Source: Sphyrna mokarran | Lineage: Eukaryota | DNA length: 64,000 bases | Direction: 5' to 3' | NCBI GenBank assembly: GCA_024679065.1 | Contig: JAGIQG010000013.1 | Span: 35,588,001 to 35,652,000, forward strand | Shown: positions 24,593 through 37,588 of the stretch, piece by piece | Numbering within the stretch: position 1 is the stretch's first letter | Layout: each line of letters starts with the position of its first letter | Notes under the pieces: model-generated | Databases searched by the model: none | What the model saw: the letters and a program-made list of their open reading frames with translations, nothing else | What the model was told of the DNA's origin: nothing | Translations under genes and position numbers: made by a program

Positions 24593-25981
24593 GACAGAGA
24601 AAGATTAGTCTATTATGTAGGCAGGGTAAAGGAGTCAAAGTGAGGGTATTAGTTCCCTGCAAGGAAACCAAGCCATGCTTATAAAATGATTTTCAGCAAT
24701 TCTTCCATGCTAAATCAACATAATATAGATTAAGGGACACACACACACACACATTGCTGGAGGAGCGAATCCATGTTGTGAGACCTACCCTTGCCTGTTT
24801 AATCTCAGCAACATTTTGTATGACAGGTTGCTTTAAGTATGAGCTGGATGTTGCAGAGAGAAAAAACAGGCATCTTGGCTCTGTGTTAACAGAGCAAGAA
24901 ACTGTATCTAGTTAGAGGGCACAGAGAAAGTGAAAAGTAGTGTGCAAATTCAGGTATAGAGAGAGAAAACAAAAGATTGGAGTACTAAGTTCTTTGTTAG
25001 TTTAAATTTCATATTTTTATGTATCTGACCATTAAAACCTGAAGGAATGAGACTGCAGAACTTTAACGGTTAATTTTTTGGTGCCAGAGATTTATCGGCA
25101 AGTAATTAACACATGGTTTTTAAAAAATTTGTTTTGCTAATCCCGGTTTACTTGTGTATGTGCTGAATTTAAATGGTCCCAAACAGAACTTTTGCTTCAT
25201 TTCAGATCAATTCTAATTTTGAGGCAACTTTAGCTTGCACGTAGCACCAGAGTCGATGAACTTTTAGCTGCTCAATGTATTGCAATTGGAAGCCTGGATA
25301 GAATGATAATATCATGTGAATGCTACACTGGAATGACACACCTCAAGACAGCTACTTTGGGATTTCTGCTTTTTATTATGCACCTGCCTTCCTCTGCAGT
25401 TGTTATAATGTTTGCACATAAATATACAGTGAAGTTTAAGCTGTTTACATTGCACTGAATGAGCTCCAGCCTGCTAATATCACCAATTTCCTTACCCACC
25501 GGGCTGCTGAACAGAAACATGGTATAGTTTTATGTTTTGCATCAGCAGAAAGTTATTTTTGACAGGGCTATTTGCAAGTTAAAGAAGGTCAGTAAGTTTT
25601 TAAACCATCCTGATTGCAACAACATAACTCAAGACCTGAAAAAGGTTATATGGTGCCAGAGTGATTAAAGATTAAACTTGCACAATATCAAGCCAAAGTT
25701 AAATACTTCTACAAAAATCTCAAAGTCACAGATTTACACTACAAATAGTCTGTTCATTGGTTGCAGTGAAGGTGGAATATGATTTGAGTAGAAGGATTTG
25801 GAATGCAATGTACCTCTCCAGAAAGAAACCCTTATGTAGATAGTGTCTATGCAGGTGCTTGAGAAATACCACAAACAGGTGCAACTGCCCCTCTCTCTGA
25901 GGAAGTATTTTAAAAGACCTTTTGAAGTAAAGTTTTACCAAGGAACAGGAGGGGTTAGGTTGAACAAGAAACTACTTCAAA

Positions 25982-26560
25982 TAGAATCCCTACATAGGAT
26001 CACTGAAAACCTATAGTGCAGAAAGAGGCCATTTGTCCCATTGAGACTGCACTGACCACAATCCCACCCAGGCCCTACTCCATTTCCCTACATATTTACC
26101 CACTAATCCCTTTAACCTACACACCTCAGGACAATAAGTATGGCCAATCAACTTAACCCGCACGTCTTTGGATTGTGGGAGGAAACCAGAGCACTGTGAG
26201 GTAGGCACAAGGAGGATGTGCAAACTCCACACAGATAGTGATTCAAGTTGGGAATCAAACTTAGGTCCCTGGCGCTGTAAAGCAGCAGTGCTAACCACTT
26301 TGCTATGGTGCAGTTCGGCCCATCAAGTCTGCACCAACTATAATAGCACCCAGACCTTTTTTCCATAACTTTACCCTGCTAACCCTCTTGACACTAGGGT
26401 TAATTTTAGCATGGCCCATCAACCTAATCCACACACCTTTGGACTCTGAGGAAATCCAAACAAACATGGGGAGAAAGTGCAAACGCCACATAGTGACCAA
26501 GGCTGGAATCAAACCTGGGTCCTGGCACTGTGAGGCAGCAGTGCCAACCACTGTGCCACC
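25982..26560 (-). mobile_element. Two tandem HE1-like V-SINEs (about 25982-26300 and 26300-26560)
   Basis: Two successive V-domains, each ending in gcagcagtgc(t/c)aaccact (rc of SINE head). Confidence 0.88.
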
Positions 26561-26644
26561 TTGTGCAAGAGTAAAATATCCAGCGTTATCCTGCATAAGA
26601 GTGTGATTAACAATAACTGACATGTGCCGGCAGTCAAATGCAAA

Positions 26645-26990
26645 AAAATTATACTTGCATGGTGCCTTTTAACGTAATAGAAAATCCCAAGGCACTTCAC
26701 TGGAGTATTACAGAACATTCAGCCACATAAGGAGATTAGGTCAGATTATCAAATTCTTGGCTTTTTTGGGAGGAATGTGAGACAGAAAGAAGCACAGAGG
26801 GTATTCAAGAGGTGGGGGCCTAAACAGCTGAAGACATGGCCAAGAATAATGTCAGGGAGTCTCAGACTGCCAGAGTTACAGGAATACAAATATCCCAGAC
26901 TGTTGTGGGGTTGAAGGAGATTATGGAAATAGTGAGGGGCCAGGCCAGGAAGAATTTGAAACCAAGGATGAGAATGCCAATAATGTTTAT
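26645..26990 (-). mobile_element. L2 LINE 3' fragment
   Basis: cttgcatggtgccttttaacgtaatagaaaatcccaaggcacttcac...gaatttgaaaccaaggatgagaat; reverse homolog of the L2 3' region at 12560-12820. Confidence 0.65.
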
Positions 26991-27727
26991 CTAAAAAAGA
27001 TTGACTATATTTACAAAAAAAGGACAACTTCAACAATGTAACATTCTCCAAGCATCACAGACGTTGACCTCAACGGAACAACTCAGCCGCAGAGGAAAGA
27101 TACTTTCTGTTCCCATCTTTAAGAATATCTCACAGGATATTCCTGCACCTACTATCTTAACCATTACTATCACTCAATTTATATTTTTCCAACATCCCAC
27201 CAATCATTTGCCAAGAGATCAAATTGGAAAACAAACCATGTCTTTGTTTTAAAAAAAGCTATATTTTTATTCAAGATTTAAATTTCCATTTTCCCCTCAA
27301 TAGAGCGACAATTTGCTTCAATCACCTCTGCCATGGCTAGAACTTTGTCTCAACTACATTGTTTCCATCAGTTTTCTGTAAAATTTGAACAATATTTAAT
27401 TTGAGACTGGACTGGAACAGAATAACTGAGAATCTGATGTGCTATTAGCAGGGGGCAAGCAATAAGATGGGAGACTTTGTTTGAAAAATATTATTCTTTC
27501 AGTGAGGTGTTCCTATTCAATATAGCACATAGGTACTGTACACAGAGGACAGGAGTCAGGCTGTATCAGTAACAAACCATAGCAGATTCCTAAGCAAAGG
27601 CAACTGTTTAGTGAAAGCAGGCACCATGACTGCCTAAAGATTTCGAATGTAATCTGTTTGAAACCTTGAGTCCTTCAGTCGAACCTATTCTTGGGAAAAC
27701 AGTCTGCACTCATGATGCTAAAATTAC

Positions 27728-27835
27728 CTGAGTTGTTAGGTATGTCAGACAGATCGACAGTGCAGTTCATTTCCACCGTTTCGCCTTGGTACACGTGAGG
27801 CCTCTCAGAGAGCAAAGTCACATTAAACCGGGGAG
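27728..27835 (-). CDS. PTGFRN: PTGFRN coding exon 7 (N-terminal part of Ig-V domain 6)
   Basis: Acceptor gtcactctctgcAG and donor G|GTAATT; 108 bp. Encodes APRFNVTLLSERPHVYQGETVEMNCTVDLSDIPNNS and supplies the first Cys of Ig6. Confidence 0.92.
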
Positions 27836-27939
27836 CTGCAGAGAGTGACAAGAACATTTATTATACTATTATCAATTTAAGTGCAGCTTTAAACTTTGAA
27901 ACAGCACTTACTGGAATGGAATAGAAACTAGAGTCAAAA

Positions 27940-28308
27940 GAATTCCTACAATGTAGAGGGAGACCATTCAGCCCATCAAGTGTGCACTAACTCGATATCC
28001 CCATAACCCCATGCATTTACTGTGCTTAATCTACATAGCGTATACATTGTTGGAACTACTTACTGTGTGGAATTTGCGCATTCTCCTAGTGTCTGGGGTG
28101 GGTTTCCTCCAGATGCTTTTGTTTTCTCCCACAGTCCAAAGACGTGTGGGTTAGATTGATTGGCTGGCCATGTTAAATTGTCCTTTAGTGTCAGGGGGAT
28201 TAGCAGGGTAAAAATGTGAGGTTACAGGAACAGGGACTGGCTGGGATTGTGGTTGGTGCAGACTCAATGGGCCAAATGGCCTACTTCTGCGCTACAGGGA
28301 TTCTATGA
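27940..28308. mobile_element. Adjacent inverted V-SINE pieces (minus about 27940-28040; plus about 28060-28308)
   Basis: A reverse tail (ttcctacaatgtagagggagaccattcagcccatc) followed by a forward V-domain and tail gggattctatga. Confidence 0.8.
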
Positions 28309-29274
28309 TACTTTATATGCATAACTCTTGCATTGAACAATTAAAAAAAGGGAAGGTTCAGTGAGCCCAGGTCACACAAAGTTAAATTTAAAAATCTGTT
28401 TCCTCCTATCCTGCGCTGAAGGCACTGAACGCTTGCTGGCATCAATTCTGGTGGCAGAGGATGACCTCCCAACACTTCATTTAAAAAAAATACATCTTTC
28501 CGGCAAGTAGAACTGCAATACACCTGTACATACTAAAAGTTGAAATTAAATTTACGTAAGAGTTGAATATCGAATGTCAATGGGTTTCACAATGTTGTCA
28601 CATCATGTGAAACCCATAACAAGCTATTTTGTATTAAATTTGCAACATTGGTGGCTTAAGAAGGATAATGATGCACAAAAGCCAATACTCCTTCAACAAG
28701 CTTTTTTTGAAACCCAGGCAGGAGGACATGGATACTCCAAAATACAACATCTCCACGACACGTGGAAATCTTTGACTCTAAAAAGAGAGATAACAGCTGG
28801 CTAAATGGGATCTTCGGTTGAGTTTGGATAAATGTCTAAATTTCAGGCCCCCTACTCTATATTACCATTCGGATGTCACAACAGCCTATGGACCCTGCAC
28901 AGCACAGATCAGGCCATTTAATTCTACCTGAGCTTCTATTTTGTACTCGTGTTGACTGCCTTTTTGAAACCTGGGAGGAGAACCTCTTTGTTATCTGACA
29001 TTGTTCCGGGAACAGGAGGCACTTGTGCTGATTAACCGTGGATGAATATGCGGAATATGCCTTACATCTATCAGAAAGCTCTCGAGTGGGGGGACTGTAT
29101 AGGTGTTGAGCCTCCACAAGGTTTCCAGATTCTACACTGCCAAACCATCCATGCAGAAGAAGTATTTTATTATACAGTCAGCAAACTTTTGGCAAACCAG
29201 ATCTGAAACATATGTACATTGATATTTCATGTGCTGATGACCCTTTCAATTATTTGATTAAATTCAAAACCTAC

Positions 29275-29688
29275 CTGTTGTTCTAAAGGCAACAGCTACA
29301 GTGTTAGAAAAATTTCCAACTACTTCAGACCACTGCCCGTTTGCATCTGGAGCCCAAGCTTGGACAACACAGTAGTACGATCCTTCATCTGAAAATTGGG
29401 TCCTGTACAGGCGGAAACGGAACTCATCATCACCAACTTTTTCAAGAACAACATCCTCCAATCGGTCCTGATCATTCCATTTCTCCAGTTTGACCACCGA
29501 GTCCCTGGTCAACGAGATGAGTGTTTTGCTGTCCTTTGCATCAGTAAAAGCTGGTTCATTCATCGCTATAGCTACAGAATATTGAGGAACTTCTACATGC
29601 TCCGCAAAAACACTGCAAATCATCTCAAAGGTGTTGCCTCGCGTGGATACTGGTTTCTCTTCTGTTGCTACAATATTCAGAACTGGGT
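29275..29688 (-). CDS. PTGFRN: PTGFRN coding exon 6 (Ig-V domain 5)
   Basis: Acceptor ttcactgttttAG and donor G|GTAGGT; 414 bp. Encodes DPVLNIVA...RGNTFEMICSV...LISLTRDSVVKLEKW...VVLEKVGDDEFRFRLYRTQFSDEGSYYC, close to recalled human PTGFRN Ig5. Confidence 0.95.
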
Positions 29689-30085
29689 CTAAAACAGTGA
29701 AGAGAATGTTATTAAATGCAATTTAAAAAAGGTTCATTGCAATCCTAAACCAGTGACTGCTATGACCCAAAGACAATACCATGTATTTTGCAAAGTAATC
29801 ATAGTCATGAATTATTCTACTAGTGATAGCAGAACTTAGTCAATAATCCTCAGACTTTTTCATTGCGCACTATGTCTTGTTCGCCCAATCACAGTCACAT
29901 AATCATGGAAAATAAACAAGAGATCAGGCAAATACCAAACAGTTGATGGCATGGAAAAGGAGGATTGGTTAACAAAATCTGGCCCACATCAACCCCTATC
30001 ATAATATAATTGTCAGATAAGAATAAACAATCTGCAAAATGCCAGATTTTTAAAAATTTGAACAAGAATTGTGGAAATATTTTAC

Positions 30086-30508
30086 CTTCTGTTTTCCAGA
30101 ACATATCAATGGCGAGGGAAGAATTTTCCTGTTTTTTCAGCCATACATCACCTCGCTGTTTAGCCCAGGCAGTAATATTACAAAAATATTCTCCTCTGTC
30201 TGTGGGAAGGGCATGTTGCATCTGAAACTTGAAAGCATGTAGCTCAGGTTTCATAAAAACAACCTCTCCCTTTTCTGCTCGTTCACGATACTTATTGTCC
30301 AATTTTAGTGTCCAATCCTGGTCCATTGTTGCTATAGGCACAGTTGCTTCAGTAGCACCATTCTGTCTTTTTGGGTTGAAATACCAGGACGCAGTCAGCT
30401 TTGTATCATCCGCGTTTTCTAAATTCAACACCCGGCACTCAAGCGCCGCTGACTCTCCTGAGGAACTAGGTACCTTGATGGAAGTTAGCTGAACAGTATA
30501 CGTTGGAT
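30086..30508 (-). CDS. PTGFRN: PTGFRN coding exon 5 (Ig-V domain 4)
   Basis: Acceptor ttcaatctacAG and donor G|GTAAAA; 423 bp. Encodes DPTYTVQL...LECRV...ASWY...DRGEYFCNITAWAKQRGDVW...MFWKTE. Confidence 0.94.
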
Positions 30509-31049
30509 CTGTAGATTGAATTGAAGCAAAGAGTATCTCTAAGACAGACTGCAAAATTAGCATAAGCTGATACAGTTCAACCACTAATTAGTGATACCAT
30601 AGGTAATTATTTTTAAAAAGAGTAACATTAAAAAGTTGCAATTTGATTTTCATCAATAAACAAGTCGATTATGTTCCTAAAGAACATTCCTCTTCTAATA
30701 ACATGTTATTTGCTGGTCTGAATTGCCAGACTTGAGCCATAGAATAACACTCATGCAAAGAAATGTCATGAGAATCTCAAAGCATCCCATCAACATACAG
30801 AAGCATGGCTAGCTGCATAGAACATTTCCTCTTGGTTATCTCAAAGCAGCAAGGGAAAAATGGGGCGATATGTACAATTTAGCTTAACAAATTACTCCAG
30901 GCTAAGTCAACTATTCCCTCCCAGGACAAATCAGAGTGCATTCACATTGCAGCTGTATTTGCAACTACATCAATCCCATGTTAGTCCAAATGTAGCTTGA
31001 ATCTGGAAATCAATGGCTCATTGTGCAACAGTGTAAAAAGTAGGGCTAA

Positions 31050-31870
31050 TATAACACTATTTTTCAAGAAGGGAGAGAGAGAAAGAAAACAGGGGACTGC
31101 AGGACAGTATCAGTATCACATTAGCTGTTAGGAATGTGCTGCAATCTATTATTAATGGAGTCTTTGGCATGCACTGAGGAAATCATAGTGCAACCTGACA
31201 AAGTTAACAAGCTTTAATAAAAGGCAAATCATGTTTAACAAAAGTATTATTATTTTTGAAGGTTACCTAGCAGGGTAAATGAATGAGAACTTGGAGTATG
31301 AGGAATAAGCTTGGATTTCCAAAAGGCATTTAATAAGGTGCCACTCAAAAAAAGGTTAATAGACAAGATAAGGGCTCAGAGTTAGGGTAATCTACCAGCA
31401 TAAATAGAGGACTGATTAACCGACAGGGAGTAAAGAAATCAGGATAAGTGGAGAATTAAGTTGGCAGGTTATGATTAGCGGAGTTCCACAAGGATCAGTG
31501 CTGAGGCCTCATTTACAATCTATATTAGATTTAACCAAACAGGGAGAGAGAAAGAGTGAGAATTTACTGAAAATACTAAGTTAGGTGAAAATGTAAGCGG
31601 TGGAGGACACAGTGGCTGGAAAGAGATACATAGGTTAAATGAGTGAGCAACAAGGTAGTAGATAATGTGGGGAAGTGAAAGGCTGTTCACTTTGGTCACC
31701 AGAACAGGAAATCAGAAATGTTTTATGAGGTGTGGAACTTGTAAAAGATCTTCAGAGAGGTAAAGAATGTTCAGGGAATTTGAGGGTACTCATACAAAAA
31801 ACACAATGTTAATATACAGGTATAGCAAGCAATTAGGAAGGGATAAGCATGTAGGATTTTATTATTGCGC
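31050..31870 (+). mobile_element. Old degenerate CR1 RT fragment
   Basis: Decayed motifs: aaaggcaaatcatgtttaacaaa (KGKSCLT), ttggatttccaaaaggcatttaataaggtgcca (LDFQKAFNKVP), ggagttccacaaggatcagtgctg (GVPQGSVL). Confidence 0.85.
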
Positions 31871-32496
31871 TCCAATAAGTCTTGCAATAACTGCACAGCA
31901 ATTTAGGCAGATTATTTGAGAAAATAACTAGAATGTGACAGTTCCCCTCTCCCCCAAGAGAGATATGGAGGAACAGTAGAGGGAAGAAAGGAGATGGGGA
32001 GGTCAAGTGTAAAATTGCATGGATGGAATCCTTCTCTAAGTTTCCATTGCCTTGAACTGGTTGTGATTTCTTTCTGGGACAGGAAGGGTGTCCAGCAGAA
32101 AGCCTGCCCTTTTCCCCTGTTAAGGTCCTTAAGTGAAGGCCAGATAAATACAACATTCAATCTGAGGAAGGAGGACCCTTCTGACTAGGGGCATATGGAG
32201 GGAAATCCCTCCATATCATCTCCTCTCCCCCCACCACCCCCGAGACTCCATTATTAACCTTGTAATTCCCCTAAGCGTTCCCTATCCTTCCTGCCTTTTG
32301 GGGCCCAAAACCTTCGTGCAGTGCCTCTTCCGACCACAGCAGCACCTTGCCTAGAGGGACTTCACAGCCACTGGCCAATTTGTAAGATTTTGACAACTCT
32401 GAATTTGGAAGTCTCTAATATTCATAAATTTTATTCTTTAACCATAGTTTTAAATTACGTTGGTTCAGTTTTGACTTTTTTGTTTGACAATTAACC

Positions 32497-32775
32497 ATGG
32501 GTAGCACTGCTGCCTCAGAGCACCAGGGACTTGGGTTCAATTCTGGCCACCGTCTGTGTGGAGTTTGCATGTTCTTCCATGTTTGCGTGGGTTTCCTCCC
32601 ATACGCCAAAGACATGTGGGTTAGGTTGATTGGCCATGCTAAATTATCCTTTAGTATGAGGGAGGACTAGCAGGATAAGTATGTGGGGTGAAGGAGGATA
32701 GGGCCTGAGTGGGATTGTTGTTGGTGCAGACTTGATGGGCCAAATGCCCTCCATTTGCACTGTAGGGATTCTATG
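32497..32775 (+). mobile_element. HE1-like V-SINE (type A)
   Basis: tagcactgctgcctcagagcaccagggacttgggttcaattc, V-domain, tail gggattctatg. Confidence 0.88.
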
Positions 32776-33179
32776 GTTTGTTTTAGGAGGGAGCTCCTTT
32801 GAGTTGTGAGCTAAAGCCATCCTAATGGCCACAATTAGAAATCAGTCTGAACTTAAGATGACACCATGTTAAACAAATCATGCATTACTTCAAATAATCG
32901 GTATCAGAGTGGGAAACCAATAACTTTAGTTTGGGCAGGGGTTGGGGGGGCGGGGTGTTTGAGTTAAGATATGTTGGCAGGAGAATGTGACTAGAAGGTT
33001 TTTTTCAAATTACAAAAAAGGCTTGGTACAACTTAGGTAGCAGTCCCACCTTATGCCAATCAATACTCAGAGAGTAATACAACATCAGGTCGATGGAATT
33101 AGCAGGAAAATGTTTCCCCAGGGTGAGGGCCAAGACTCTGTCATCCTAAAAGTTCACGCCAAAGTATGCCTTGGATCTC

Positions 33180-33600
33180 CATAGTTGGAGAGGGATATAA
33201 TTACATTGGAAGCAGTATGTATTAGGGTGCTGTCCTCTGATTAAAGACTGGGTAGAATTGTATGTGTATTCTCTAGAGTTCAGAGGAATGAGAGGTAATC
33301 TCAGAAATATTCAAGATTACAAAGGGACTTGACAAGAGAGAATTCTAGAACATGGAGGCAGTGTCTCTGGATAATAAGATGATTGTGTCAGATTGAGATG
33401 AGATTGAGAGCAGGAGATCTTTAGAATTTTCTTCCCCGAAGATTATGGATGCTCGGTCATTAAATATATTTAAGACAGATATATAAATTGAGACTCAGGG
33501 TATCAAAGGAAAAGAGGAGTGGGCAGAAAAGTAGAAATAAAGCTATTATTATACTGAAAGGCAGACAGTCTCAATGGGTCAGAAAAATGTCTGTTCTTAT
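33180..33600 (+). mobile_element. Degenerate CR1 3' fragment
   Basis: tattctctagagttcagaggaatgagaggtaatctc..ttcaagatt (SLEFRGMRGNL) plus a decayed 3' UTR. Confidence 0.65.
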
Positions 33601-33654
33601 TTTATTTTCTGGAGTGAGAAATGTCCTGGAATCTTTGAAATCAGTTCTGGCCTT

Positions 33655-33965
33655 AGAATTCCTACAATGCAAAAAATTATTGCCATTCGGCCCATTGAGT
33701 CTGCACTGACAGCAATCCCATCCCAGCCCTATCCCCATAGCCCCATGTGCTTACGCTGCTAATCTCCTGACACTAAGTGTCAATGCAACATGTTTAATCA
33801 ACCTAACCCACACGTTTGGACTGTGGGAGGAAACTGGAGCACCCAGAGAAAGCCCACGTAGACATGGGGAGAAGGTGCAAACTCCACACAGACAGTCACC
33901 CGAGGCCGGAATTGAACCTGGATCCCTACCACTGAGAGGCAGCAATGCTATCCACTGGGTCACCA
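33655..33965 (-). mobile_element. HE1-like V-SINE (type A)
   Basis: V-domain ggactgtgggaggaaactggagcacccagag; ccggaattgaacc. Confidence 0.88.
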
Positions 33966-34217
33966 CACAGCATTGACAGCTGATTTAACTGATGAAGCCA
34001 TGATTTGGAGGTGAATGGCAAGGACCATTTTAACTCACTGGGCATATTTAAGGCCAATGTCTCACCCAAACACAGCATCACCACCACCAGGCAGAAGTCA
34101 GGAACGCATGTAAGTGAGCCCTTACTTGAGAGCTATGGGAATCGAGGCCAGGACAGGCAGAAGTAAGAGATTCAGTAGCACAAGCACAGAGTGATCAACT
34201 TCGTGGAAGACTTTAGG

Positions 34218-34530
34218 GGAATGGATAGCACAGTGGCAGAGTGTTTAGCACTGCTGCCTCACATTGCCAGGGACCCAGGTCCAATTCCGGCCTTGGGTTA
34301 CTGTATGCAATTTGCATCCTGTCTCTGCGTAGGTTTCCTCTGGTTGCTCCAGTTTCCTCCTGCAGTCCAAAGGTGTGGGTGTTAGGTTGATTGATATGAG
34401 GATCAATTTAGCACAGCCAGAGGATTAGCAGGTATATTGGTAGGGTTGTGGGAATAGGGCCTTGGTGGGATAGTAGTGGATATAGACTCGTTGGGCCAAA
34501 TGACTTCCTTCTGTACCATAGAGATTCTAC
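34218..34530 (+). mobile_element. HE1-like V-SINE (type A)
   Basis: gcacagtggcagagtgtttagcactgctgcctcac..V-domain..gagattctac. Confidence 0.85.
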
Positions 34531-35060
34531 GAACACTAACTGCCTGGCCCATAAGTTATCAAGTTTTTAAAAAAATGTAACTCCCATACAGATCACTATC
34601 TGGGCTTGCTGTTACTTTCATTGTGTTCCTGGTGACACTGACACCAAACATCAAACATGACGGTTCAAATATGTCAGGATCCCAAAAGAAATTATCAGAG
34701 CCCAATGTTCTGTTTTAATTAGGCTCTCACCTCTCATCTAAGCTTGTGTCCCCTAGTTTGTAGGAAGCCAGTTTTTAAGTAGGTGTTCAGTGGATGCTTT
34801 CTCTGTGCCAGGTCAGACTTGTGTGAATAAAACAAACCAACTTGTAACCACTATCTTTTTTTTTAAACAAAAATATGGTAATTTTGAGTTAGCTTTACAT
34901 AAATAGGTTGATTAAACAGCATTCTATTTCAATATTGTACAATCCATGTGCCTAAATAGGCAGATGTAATGAGACACAAAGGACATTCTTGATAAATGCT
35001 CAAACTTCATATTTACCACTGGATTTAATTAATTTCTCTAGCATTGAAGAATTGAATTAC

Positions 35061-35444
35061 CTAAAAGAGCAACAGTGATAGCGACAGGGCTGGATGTTCT
35101 CTCGGCGACTTTGTGCCACGTCTCGCTGGTATACTTTATCCAAACAGAAGCTGTACAGTAATAATATCCATTGTCTGTTTCATCAATCTGTTGCACTCTC
35201 AGCTGGTAATCAGTACTACTAATCCTGCTCAACGTGACAAAACCTGTGTTGCTCACCACTGCCATACGGTTCAAGTGCACCAGCACTTTATCACTCGGAG
35301 GATGAGTTGCTGCAGATGCGCTGAAATACCAGCTCACTTCAACTGCGGCGTCTTCAACTCCTGTTACACTGCAAACGAGATCAATCTCATCATCTTTGTT
35401 CAAAGTGTGGGCCCCTCCGATTGTAGAGACTTGTAGCAGCTGGG
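35061..35444 (-). CDS. PTGFRN: PTGFRN coding exon 4 (Ig-V domain 3)
   Basis: Acceptor tgtttgttacAG and donor G|GTAATT; 384 bp in frame. Ig C...W...DxGxYxC pattern: DLVC...VSW...TDNGYYYCTASVWI. Confidence 0.93.
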
Positions 35445-35569
35445 CTGTAACAAACACATTATATTACTTAGTATGTTTTTTTTCTGAGGAGCATTCCAAA
35501 CAAACATTCAACTGTTGCCTCAACTGGCCTATTCGGACCAAAGAGCATTGTAGAAAATGAGGTGACTCA

Positions 35570-35830
35570 TTGAATCTCTACAGTACTGAAGGAAGCCGTT
35601 CGGCCCATCGAGTCTGTATCAACCATAACCCGAACCCAACCTATTCCCGTGACCCTCATTTACCCTGCTAATCCTCGAGTCGAGGGTAAATTTAGCATGG
35701 CCAATCAATCTAATCTGCGCACTTTGGAATGTGGGAGGAGACCCATGCAGACACGGGGCGAAAGTGCAAACCAACACAAAGTGACCCTGGGTCCCTAGTG
35801 CTGTGAGTCAGCAGTACTAACCACTCCATC
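35570..35830 (-). mobile_element. HE1-like V-SINE (type A)
   Basis: gaatctctacagtactgaaggaagccgttcggcccatcgagtctg..gctgtgagtcagcagtactaaccact. Confidence 0.85.
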
Positions 35831-35967
35831 ATAGTGCTGCCTCATTGTGTTCCTAAGCTCTGTCTCAAAGGAATAAATATCAAATATTCAAGCCAGAAAC
35901 TGCTAGTTTACACGTAGTAAACTCTATAAACAGTCCATAGAACCTCCTCCATTCCTAAAAAGATAAA

Positions 35968-36500
35968 AATGGTAGCATAATGATAATGACACTGGATTTG
36001 TGATCTGGGGACAGGGTTCAAATCCCACCACAGCAGCTGGTGGAACTTGCACTCACTAGGTGGAAATTAATATTAATCTCAGTATTGGTAAGCATAACAA
36101 CTATCATTGTTTGCTGTAAAGCCCATTTGGTTCACTAATATTCTTTAGAGATGTGACTCTGCATCCTCATACGGTCAAGTCTACATGTGACTTCAGATCC
36201 ACAGCAACAGCACAGTGCCAAAGAACTGGGCTCAATTGTGGCCTCGGGTGACTGTGTAGTTTGCACATTCTCCCAGCATCTGCGCGAGTTTCCTCCGGGT
36301 GCTCGAGCTTCCTCCCACAGCACAAAGATGTGCAGATTAAGTGGATCCACTATATTAAATTGCCCCTTAGTGTCAGGGGGATTACAAGGGTTACAGGGAT
36401 AGGGGATTGTTGTTGGTGTGGGCTCAATGGATTGAATGGCCTTCTGCACTGTAGGGATCCTATGAATGTGATTAGTTCTTTACAAGTTCACAGCCTTCCG
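35968..36500 (+). mobile_element. tRNA-derived SINE (same family as 4703-5060) with a nested V-SINE (about 36210-36465)
   Basis: gggttcaaatcccaccac..tggttcactaatattcttta..ctacatgtgacttcagatccacagca is shared with 4780-4975. A V-SINE follows, then the host resumes (aatgtgattagttc). Confidence 0.75.
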
Positions 36501-36766
36501 TGAAACATTTTTTTCCCTACTTGTAACTATATATTTTAATCTTGCACCTATAATCCCTCTTGCTCTATATCCCTCAACTGTTAGAAAGAGTACGTTTCTA
36601 CCTATTCTCTCCACTACCTTAATTTTAAAATAATTTGAGGACGCGCTGTTTCAACATCCTTCTTAAATGGAGGAGAACACAAAACCTTAGTAAATGTTTT
36701 ATATCCACACATTACATCTCAGCTTTCACATTCAAAAGCTCTTGCTGCATAATCCTGTATTCCCAT

Positions 36767-37588
36767 GGGGGACAACATGGTAGCACAGTGGTTAGCACTG
36801 CTGCCTCAGCATGCCAGGGATCCAGGTTCAATTCCTGGCTTGGGTCACTGTCTGTGAGGAGTCTTACGTACTCCCACTGTAAAAATCAGGAACTTGGATC
36901 ATTCTTAATCACACCTCCTGTTTCACTCCCCCCCCGATACAAGTTTCAATTTTAATTTCATTATGTATAGTTCTAATTTCATGTGTATAGGATAATTTTT
37001 AATACTATAAAAGATTCTGGTGGTTGAATTTAAAATGATCCCAGTATGAACGTCAGAGAAAGAACAATGAAATTGTTTTATTATTTGATAGAATAAATGT
37101 GATAGCTATAATAGAGACAACAATGTGCACTTGGAAGCAATAATATTCCTTTTCTGCTGATTCAATTACACTCTACTTTTCATCCAGTTTCTGGCAAGAT
37201 ATGTATGTTCATCAAACTAAATGCAAGCAAAAATAAAATTCTAGTCTCCGGTTTCTATTTTGGCAAAACAAATTGGTCTTTACCCACATACTGGCCAATG
37301 GAAATTGAATTTCTCTATTTATCACATCATCTATAATTTTCTCTAACAAGGTTCCTTTTCGATCTAAAATACCTCGATTTCTAGTCTGTCTTTTGTGGAG
37401 TTTCCTCTGGGTGCTCTGGCTTCCTCCCACAGTCTGAAAGATATGCTGGTTAGTTGTATTGGCCATGCTAAATTCTCCCTCAGTGAACATGGAACAGCCG
37501 CCAAAGTGTGGCAACTAGGGGATTTTCGCAGTAGTTTCATTGTAGTGGTAATGTAAGCCTACTTGTGACACTAATAAGTAAACTTTAA
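36767..37588 (+). mobile_element. HE1-like V-SINE (type B) split by a ~510-bp non-TE insertion (36882-37396)
   Basis: SINE head at 36767-36880; the V-domain resumes at about 37395 (gtggagtttcctctgggtgctc) and runs to the tail cctacttgtgacactaataagtaaacttt. Confidence 0.88.

Noticed and set aside
35968-36500. Chimeric SINE formed by template switching
   Set aside because: The host SINE sequence appears to resume after the V-SINE, so simple nested insertion explains it.
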